From Macrostomum lignano (Eukaryota), in the NCBI GenBank assembly GCA_002269645.1, contig NIVC01000100.1, positions 806,001 to 870,000 on the forward strand: a stretch of 64,000 nt of DNA, given 5' to 3'. A program made the position numbers and the translations under genes. Under the pieces are notes generated by a model. It searched no databases. It was not told the origin of the DNA and saw only the letters and a list, made by a program, of their open reading frames with translations. This document shows positions 55,032-64,000 of this stretch, piece after piece; the stretch's first letter is position 1; the number at the start of each line of letters is the position of its first letter.

Positions 55032-56620
55032 GCTGTATATTTCTGCTGAATTGGATTTTCGAAACATCATAAAACGACGAATTTTTTTCTGTTTTTGCTT
55101 CTTTTGAGCACTTGTTAATCGTGTGAAATATTTGCTCGAATCTGATAGCCGATTCTTAATGGGGCCGACGCTGCTGAACGATAAATGTAGCACATTAACT
55201 GAGACTTTTGCTTGCGACCTTAAGACTAGAAAGGTCAGTTCTCGGAAACATTCGCCGAGCTTGCACTCTGTTCACAAAAATTCTGTTGGCTCGTTTTATA
55301 GTCCTCCGTATTGAGGTTCTATTATGGCTTAATAATGTTTTAATGTCAACATTATAGCTAGTAAAGTTTTTTTGTGTGCTTTGAACTGTTGTATAAAATA
55401 CTTTACCAAACGGTTAACCGAGATTTTATATTCGAAGAATTTTCCTATTTTTACTCGTACTTAAATCTTTTTTCTTTTTTAAAGAATTACGCTATGCAAA
55501 TACTCGTAATATGTCTAGATATTTGCCTATTACCAAAACTTGGTTCTAGACATTGGCTTTTGAGTAAACTCTTCTGATTTTATCTTTACAGTCTTCATAG
55601 AGTGATGGTAAAATATTTACTCGAATTACCAGTGCTAACTCTTTTGTTTAAATCTACTAGTATGGCTGGGAGCGTAAATATCTTTAATACTGTCTGTATA
55701 AGCGCTTATCGAGTTCTGCAGAGCCTTCTTCTATTTATTTAGTTTATCCAATCTACTGTTCCATCGTATTGCCTGTTTACAGTTGAAAATAGTCCAACCT
55801 TTTATTTTTTAAGCAGTCGGACTTTAACAAGAAAAATTGTATGCACCTTTTCGGAGGCTTGAAAGTCAGATTTTTTTGATGTACGATGTTCTCTGACGTA
55901 CGGCTCAAGCACCCAGATCAGGTTTCGTGCGCGGCCACATCAACTCAGAGGTCGTGTGAGAAAATTTGGTTTAGGCTTTCGGCAACTCTCCCCCACGAGG
56001 GCCAACTGCAATAGGGTCTTCAACTCTTGACCAAGAGTGTTTTTGCCTGTTCACAAGCACAATCACAAGAACTAGCCTATGTTCGAGCACCTAAACATGC
56101 ATAGAACATGTACTTTAACATAGTTGAACTATTTAGCGGATCACACGCTCGTTTCAGCCATCAACCATACAACTATGCCTAATTTTCACGTTTGAATGTG
56201 AAATTAACTATATATATTATGTGTGCTTTGTGGGCGGCTACTAATTTGATGTGTTGCATCTTGAAACATCTTGTAACATCTTGTAACATCTTGTAACATT
56301 GAAACATCTTCCTGTCTGATCAAGTCTTGCATCATATCTCGTTCATGTGCGTATGGCAGGCACTGTCTTGGGAAATACATAAAATATTTGTCTTCGGGTC
56401 AAGCGGGAAATTCCAAACACACTGAAAAATTATTTTCCTGGAGAATCTTTAAAATAAGATACGATGATTTTATTGTTGTAGTTGATCAGTTCTTTGATTG
56501 GTTGGTTGGATAGTCGGTTGATATTTCCAGCTTATGATACGAGTTTTTCGGAGTTTATAGTATTTCAGGTTTATGATGAGAAGCGCTTTCGGAGTTATGA
56601 TTTTTCGGATTTGTGATGGC

Positions 56621-56871
56621 GACCCCACAACAGCAGACTCAACAACAGCAGACCCCACACCAGCAGACCCCACACCAGCAGACCCCACACCAGCAGACCC
56701 CACACCAGCAGACCCCACACCAGCAGACCCCACACCAGCAGACCCCACACCAGCAGACCCCACACCAGCAGACCCCACACCAGCAGACCCCACACCAGCA
56801 GACCCCACACCAGCAGACCCCACACCAGCAGACCCCACACCAGCAGACCCCACACCAGCAGGCCCCACACC
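56621..56871. repeat. 15-bp minisatellite (GACCCCACACCAGCA), about 17 units
   Basis: Visible tandem units. Confidence 0.95.
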
Positions 56872-57090
56872 GCATCATGCATCATAAAGCAATGGGTGAC
56901 CTTTCGATTTGCAATTCTGTTTGCAGAGGCCAGGTCTAAACGTATTGGATCGGAATTCCGACAATAAAACCAGAAAACAGGCAGTTCCAGTGTAGCTTGC
57001 TCATTGATTTTCGACAAGAAAAAAGCAAAATCATCTGCAACGGAACCTTGTATGCCGGAAAAAATGTCGTGCCGGAAGAAGTATGGCATT

Positions 57091-57796
57091 TGTTGTGCCC
57101 GGGTGCACTTGCACCGATGAGCAATCTCTGGCTCTCGGTCAAGTGCGCCCGGCACTGCACTCCCACCCCTCCTGGCCGCGTACCTGCGCCACCCCCCCCA
57201 TTCTGTTTGTGTCAACCCCCCCATTTCTGCCTGCGCTAACCCCCCCTCCCCAGTTGTGTATCAGCTCTTATGCCCTGCCCCTTTTCTTTATGCGTACCCA
57301 GCCGGATTGGCTGGTCTGGCCCCTCTCTCCCCCTTTTGTTAGCCCTTGTCAATTGGTGATTGGCCAATAAGTTGGGTTTTGATAATGCTGTCTGGCGTGA
57401 GACCCTAGGGCTTACGCCAGGCAGTCCAAATAAATAGAGAATTGCTGGCGGTGGGCAGGGCGAGCGCGCTTGTTGACGCCTGACACTAGACTACTCTTCA
57501 GAACCTACAAGCTTCAACAGCAAGAATCTCAGTTCTACAAATTGACGAATTCGCTGCCTTGCCCATCGTCGAGCAGATTGGAAATCAAAGTAAGACCTGC
57601 GCCTGCATTCATTACTCATTTGGGCCTCGTGCGAAGTGGGTACTGTACACCTCAGGGACGGACTGACTACCTTACCTCGACGCGACCCCACGCTCAGTTA
57701 CGGAGTCAGTCCGGTCAGTGGGCTGACGCCATCTCCAGGCTCGATCACTGCAGAGCGTTCTTAGGGGCTGTTTCGATCACGTGTAGTGACACAACA
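57091..57796 (+). mobile_element. Solo LTR (706 bp)
   Basis: Inverted termini TGTTGTG...CACAACA; 4-bp TSD CATT at 57087-57090 and 57797-57800. Orientation is tentative. Confidence 0.7.
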
Positions 57797-58766
57797 CATT
57801 AAAATAAAATTACCTGTCAACTAGCTGTAACGAGATCTCATCCTTACAGCACGTCATTCTGTTTGCGATACAATCTGATAGCCACGGTAAGCAAAACATG
57901 TTTAGTGCTCCCAGCAGCAAAGGCATTAAAACGCGAACTTGGCACAGAAACGAAGCAGGCCTCCGTCAATAAAAAAAGTGTTTCGAACTTCAATATATAT
58001 ATATATATTGGCTTAAAGCAGACTTACCAAGAGCGTCAGTAGAGCGCGACGGGGGTTTAAAAGCACCCCTACCCAAGGGAAGGGGGCAGGCGGCGATGTA
58101 CAAATCAACGCGCTGGGCTCTAAAGCCGGTTTGTGCGCTTGCGCCGCACAAACTACTCCAATATATTTCCAAAACGCTATTTTTAAAGCTTTATTAGCCC
58201 AAAATTGATCTTAATACGTTACACCAACGACATACGAGCGTACATGATATACATGTAGATACACGGTGGGATGAATCGCAACTTAGGAACGTTTTTATAA
58301 TGAAGGTTATGCACTTCTTCCGTCGAAAATACGAATCTATACGAGCAATTATTTTTCGCACAACGAAGTTACGACAAAGTGCTGCAGCAGGCTCAGCAGC
58401 AGTAACACCCACAGAACTTACAGTTCTGTGGTAACACCTGCGTAAAGATTCAAATAATGTGCATTAGACAGGAGCACTAAAACCACCGCTTACTCGAATT
58501 AAACTAGCGAGCGATATAGCGCTGCCACTCTCTCGTTATCATAAAAAAGTATCTGCTTCGACTGATGTTACGATTGCAGTTGCCATTGAGCACTGCTACC
58601 CCACAAGGCTTCCGAGATTTCTGCTAATAGGCAGTCCTAGAGAGCTTGGCCGCGACCCATTGTTTACTGAAAATGTTGCGCAGATGCATTGCTCAGCTAA
58701 GTATCCCCAATTCGGGGCTCATAGAGACAGCCGTGGCTTTTGGGTTGCTGCCCGGTTAAAGGCTTA

Positions 58767-59687
58767 TGTAGTGACTGGCTGCTAACTGGCTATTCAGCAG
58801 CATTCACTAGCTTTCCCTAAGGGCGCTGTGATCCGCTGCACAGTGGCTCAGTCCACCTGATCCAGTGAGAGAGATACCCTGTGCTGGGCCTAAGTGTTTA
58901 CTGCCCGATGACTCATCGCCTGAGCGGGCGCGGGCAGCCTCACTCAATGTCTTCCCACTCGCGCTGAGGAGGCGTAGCAGGATGACTCATCACCTGCGCG
59001 GAGTTTAATGGCTGCCTAGAGGGAGTAAACAGGATGACTCATCCGCCCATGTTCTATTTTTAGCACAGACTAAGCACGTGACTGTGCACGCAGTCTGTGC
59101 GTGGCCACTGACCTTGAGTCACGCCACTGCTGCGTGACAGGGTTGCCTTATTTGGAAGTTGGCCTTGGATCACGCGTTGCCCGCATGATTCCAATGCCCA
59201 AATAAGGAAGTTTCACGCGCTCACCGCATGAAACTCACGTGACTTTTGGGGGTCAGCTCGGCTATAAATACGGAGCATCTGCGAGCCATTTTTCTCCACA
59301 TCGCATCGTCCTGACGGCGTTGTCTCGCGGAGCATTGTGGCTAACTCGTGAAGCCTCTGCCTCCGAGCTCTCCTCTCTCATTTCAGGTTTTACAGGTTTC
59401 AGGTCCGAGCAGCATTCAACTCGAGTCGAGACATTTTCAGATTTGGCCTTTGCTCCGAGTGTCTTCGTTAATTTTATTTCAGGTGACGGATAGACAACTC
59501 TGCCGACGCGTCGAGTCCGCACACCAAGGTGGCAGCAACCCTACCAAGTCAAGGCTTACGTTTTAGGTTCATTTTCAGGCAAATCGTTAGGACCGAAGCA
59601 AAGGGCAAACGTACACTGGTGGCAGCGGTGGGATACAAAGACCTGCCAGGCCACCTCGTGACAACCCAGAGACAACCAAACGTTACA
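58767..59687 (+). mobile_element. Solo LTR (921 bp)
   Basis: TGTA...TACA termini; 4-bp TSD CTTA at 58763-58766 and 59688-59691; TATAAA at 59263; three GATGACTCATC motifs upstream of it. Confidence 0.75.
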
Positions 59688-60146
59688 CTTAGTGGCCACA
59701 TGTTTTAGTAAGCGCTCCAGCGCGAAAATTATGATGTATGAAGCTGTTGGTCCCCAGTATCGGAATGACTCCTGGCTCCAGCTGGGTGAACTCAAGGACT
59801 ACTTAAGTAGAAGGACGCAAGACTCAGAATTGGTGACAATTTCATTGGAGGCCGATTTTTGAATGTATCTCCTGTGCACGCTATTGATCGCAAGATGCCT
59901 TTTTTCGCAGAATAGGCAGTAACATATGCTCTTTCATTTAGGACATCAATAAGTTCAATAACTCGATAAAAAATTTAAAAGCTGCACCTGTTCTACACCA
60001 GTCGATAATATCTTGCAACGATTGTAAACTAACATTTAAACTACTTCCATTTCGGATATGCAACCATGACGAAAATCGGCCTCCAACGAATTTTCCAAGA
60101 GAGTTGAGTCTTGCGTCCTATATATACGTTACTTTAGTCGTGCTTT

Positions 60147-60275
60147 GGTGAACTGAAGCAATGCAGAGTAAAGTTTCTTGCTCAAAGACACAAACTGTTC
60201 AATAGTTCCAGTGGGATCGGGAATCGAACCCTCGACCTTCGTGAGTCCGACGCTCTAACCACTAGGCTAAAACCC
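60147..60275 (-). mobile_element. CORE-like tRNA-SINE, partial copy 4
   Basis: Reverse-complement head (GGAATCGAACC..GAGTCCGACGCTCTAACCACTAGGCTA) plus the start of the core. Confidence 0.75.
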
Positions 60276-62876
60276 CCTTAAAATTCTATTATTAACTATA
60301 GAAATCATTCTACGAGCCTAGGAGCTCCAAAAAATGTAGGGACATTTATCGCTGGGCAGGCAAGGAAAACTTAATGCAGCTTAGCGCTCGTATTACTTTA
60401 ATATTAGCCCATTGTTGCAATTCTGACAGGAAGTTTCATAGGTTTATACGTATTCGTGGACTGGGTCGCTGGCTGCGCATGTGTAGCTTGCGACTCCATA
60501 AATAGAGTACTCGTATAGCCTGCGTCAGGGTGGCTCGCTCAGAGATCCGGTATCATGTAGGTTGCAATGGCGGCTTTTTTCCTTGGCTCGACAGCTCTAT
60601 ATCACTTAATTTCTGTCGCCAAAAAAAGTAGGTAATTTTAAAGTGACGCCAAATCTTTTAACCTTTTTTGGAATTTTAGGAGACTCTGGATTGATAAGAA
60701 AAACGCGCCGTGCCTGCAGCTTTAAAATCTGGTAGTAGATCTTCTTAACGAACTTTAACAGGCTCTCAATCGTTCTTCGCTAAAAGATCCCACTGAAGGC
60801 CACCAAGTTGTTACAGAGCTATTTGTTCCTAGCTGAAATCCTACCAATGAGTCACCAAGTTGTTTTAGGTTTTGCTTTGCTTCTAAGTCCTATCTTACTA
60901 AACTGTCACTGGGTCGTCTACTTTAAGTAGGATTTCTGCTCCTAAGCAACGATTTTTTACCTAAAATTTCCTAACTCACGTGATTTCTTAGAAATCTGTG
61001 ATAGCGTGTAGTGCCCGAGCGGTAAGACACTGTCGATCTAGTTTCCTAATTAAGTCCGAAAGTCTTGCGTTTTCCGAGGATCAAGGGTGTCCCGCAGTAG
61101 CTACCTAATCCCCTAATACCTAGCACCTAATGTCTATTGCGAGCCTGCACGGCTTTCTTAGGGTCTGCACGACCTCAAGTTTCCCTTTTAGGCTCCTATT
61201 CTGGGTCTCTACGACCTCGAGTTCTCCCTATTCCAGATCCCTATTTTTGGGTCTCCACGACCTCGAGTTCTCCCTATTCCAGATCCCAATTTTTTTCAGT
61301 AAAGAAATAGCGAAACAAGTCTTAGAGTTTGAAGTTTTAGAGTTCAACTTCGAATTCTAAGAGTTATTAAGCAGTAAAATGGTTTCAAGCAAGAGATCGA
61401 TTGGTTTATTTTCTAGTCCGAATTGCTTCCTTTTATTGTAGATAACAAGAGGAGGGAGGTGAGCACTACGAAAACAAATAATAACGAAATTTATAACAAA
61501 TTAGAATTTAAACAAAAAGTTTTACGAGATTAAACCAAAAGGGAAGATTTTTTTTTATTAGGAGGGATAAAATACGCACGGTTAATTATTATAAGTAGAA
61601 TAATTAGATTATATATACAACCCTGCCTCAGAATGAAACCAATTTTAAATCCTTGGAGTTGTGCTGAATGCTTTCAACAAATATGTTTTGAGCACGTAGA
61701 AGAAAAAAAGTGAAAGAAAACACACGACGAAGAATAAAATAAGTTCCTAATGACAAAAGGAAAAACACATTTTAATAATAAAACCTCACTGATACTGTAT
61801 TTATGCTCCATATAGCAAAAATAGACCAAAACATCCGCTTTTAAGACTAACCAGATACATGCATCTGTTTAAGCTAAAGAAGGAGTAGGCTAGCCGATAA
61901 ACCAAGATTCTGGGAATATGTAACTGTTCTTGCCATCAAACATTCAAGTACATTAAATTAAAGGGATAGGCTGAACTCGAGTTTATTTAGCGGAAGATTC
62001 TGACAGCAGGCGGTCTATTAGAGATGAACAAATAAAATATTTCGCATTTTGTTAGAGAATAAGTTTTACCAGAATTCTCTTTTATCTTCTCATTTTTCAT
62101 TTATCAACTAAGCTATTGCCAAAGACGATAATACAACAAACTGTAGTTTTTCATTACAGATATTACAGATTAAAATTAAAATAAGATTAATATTACGGAA
62201 AAATTAATTACGTTCAGAATTTCGACGCTTTGTTTTATCGACAATAATCATAAATCTTACAGCAAAAATTGTATCACAAACAAAATTAATAGAAATAAGC
62301 TATATGTATAGAATAAAAAATTGATTGCTTTGTTTATCTAAGGTCATACAGTAGATATACAAGTACGCAATATAATCGAAGTTGAAGTGAGGGTTTCATT
62401 TAAAAAAGCATCAAGTGCATAAAAATCTTGACAAGTACATTTAGAATAATGAATCAATTCTAATCATAAAGTAATGAGAATTCAATAACGACACTGAATC
62501 ATTTACAGTAGCGCATACAGCCTCAATAATCCTATATACTAAAAATGAAAATCTTGTTTGCTTGTTTGTACGCTATCTGATATAATTATCTGACTAACAA
62601 TAATGCGTCCAATTTTGGAATGTGCCCTCATCAAATAAAATGTTCAAAATGTAGGACTTGAACTAAGAACTGACACACAAACAACAATAGAATAGGGATA
62701 GGTCACGCGCTCGCGAAACAGCCAGGAGGGACAGGCGGCTGCGGTCTGGGGACAAAACATTAAGAGACTGTTTAAGAACGTCTGCAGACTGAATAGTCAA
62801 TGGAGCTGAATAAAGCACAGTCAATAGCTCGTACACCTGAAAGAAAATTTAACAAAGGCAGGTATATGAACAAAAG

Positions 62877-64000
62877 TTAAGCGCTCTGAACATTCTCGCT
62901 GAGCCAGGCTCTCAAAGACGGCCTGCTTTCCATCCACTTGATGTTGATGCGAACACTCTCCAGAGCCAGATCCATGGCGCGTGTTGCAGCTCCGAGACTA
63001 TTTTCTTCTTTAAATCTTTCCATTTCAGCCAGTTTCTGGGCGTTGTTAAAGTCAGCCAGGTTGTTAATAAAGTAAGAGATCGTGAAAGCTCCAGGAACAA
63101 CTTCCTGGATTTGATTCCAGTTTCTCTGCAAAAAATCCCAAACGATTTGCAGGCCATTTGGATTGGCTGCAACACTTGAAAACACAGTCGATACGTCCTG
63201 CCTTCGAATTTTGGACTCGTCCAGAGCGTAGTCCAGGTACCGGTTAAGAATCCATGGCTCACTGGTGCACGCCAGACTGCGGATGATGTCGTTCTGAGTT
63301 CCCGGGTGAGCCACGGTCTTGCTGAACTCGAATAGACGGTCCCACACAGCAACAAATGAAGTGGCCACTCCTTCGCACAGGACCCTCCGTCGGATGTCGG
63401 GCGTGATTGTCGATGTGAAAGACGAGTTTACGAACTCTTCGAACTTGTTTGTTGCAGCCGTTTCACAGCTTCTCAGACGGTACAAACAGGCCGACGACAC
63501 GATGAGGCCTCGCTTCAGCTTAGTCAAGTGGGTGTCCGTGTCCTTGTTGTCAAGTCCGACATCGTTGAAGGCTCCCTCGAGTAGGTCTCGCATATACGCA
63601 CTCAGCGGTCCGTACTCGGGAGACTGTCGGTGGAGCATTGAGTGCAGGTAGCCGATCTTCGACAGAGCAGACGACCACGGAACATAGTGCGTCTCCTTCT
63701 TCAAGTACCTGGTCATGTTGAGCGGAATGCTGTAGTCCAGATAGCCAGCACTGGCCAGAGCGAAGCTGTCATCGAGCAGACGAGCCCTGTCTTGCGGACT
63801 GAACACCGTGTGATTCGAGACCAGCTGATCGATGAGTCGCTTCCAGTTATCCAAGTCGTAGTTCACTCTGTAGAAGCCGGACGAGCGAAGGTTGAGCAGA
63901 TACCAGTCGTCAGCCAAGATGTCGAGTTCGAAGGACTGCTCCGTCTCGTTCATCCAGTTTACGAAGCCCGACACGTCCTCAGGAGTTCCCGAGGTGAGGT
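62877..64000 (-). CDS. M1 aminopeptidase N-like, copy 3 (C-terminal part; 5' end outside window)
   Basis: Near-identical to copies 1 and 2 over most of its length, with a divergent C-terminus; the frame stays open to the window edge. Confidence 0.93.
   Translation of the reverse strand, partial: LTSGTPEDVSGFVNWMNETEQSFELDILADDWYLLNLRSSGFYRVNYDLDNWKRLIDQLVSNHTVFSPQDRARLLDDSFALASAGYLDYSIPLNMTRYLKKETHYVPWSSALSKIGYLHSMLHRQSPEYGPLSAYMRDLLEGAFNDVGLDNKDTDTHLTKLKRGLIVSSACLYRLRSCETAATNKFEEFVNSSFTSTITPDIRRRVLCEGVATSFVAVWDRLFEFSKTVAHPGTQNDIIRSLACTSEPWILNRYLDYALDESKIRRQDVSTVFSSVAANPNGLQIVWDFLQRNWNQIQEVVPGAFTISYFINNLADFNNAQKLAEMERFKEENSLGAATRAMDLALESVRINIKWMESRPSLRAWLSENVQSA

Noticed and set aside
60335-61330. 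Possible further LTR (TGTAGG/TGTAGTG starts, about 49-bp duplication at 61200-61290)
   Set aside because: No matching CA end with a TSD was found, so boundaries cannot be supported.

Overview
Eukaryotic, intron-rich animal DNA with many microsatellite and minisatellite arrays. The style suggests an invertebrate such as a free-living flatworm (Macrostomum-like), which is inference only. I assembled genes by hand from GT-AG signals and phase continuity. (1) A 5'-truncated non-NMDA ionotropic glutamate receptor (+, 56-12701, 12 exons visible) with an apparent 1-nt frameshift and non-canonical ligand-binding residues. (2) Two tandem secreted trypsin-like proteases (+, 16913-24184 and 26268-29878), both with Phe at position 193. 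(3) A 4-exon, divergent FGF8/17/18-like gene (-, 32663-34386) that the ORF track does not show as a unit. (4) An intronless divergent rhodopsin-type GPCR (-). (5) A 4-exon calmodulin-like gene (+). (6) Three tandem M1/aminopeptidase-N-like genes (-) with uninterrupted coding sequence and a homogenised central tract; the third runs off the window. Mobile DNA includes three solo LTRs with 4-bp TSDs, a truncated Gypsy LTR-PBS-gag piece, a foldback/MITE, four copies of a CORE-like tRNA-SINE and a second SINE. The very long ORFs in the track that lie over repeats are artefacts. No CRISPR array, rRNA or true tRNA gene was found.
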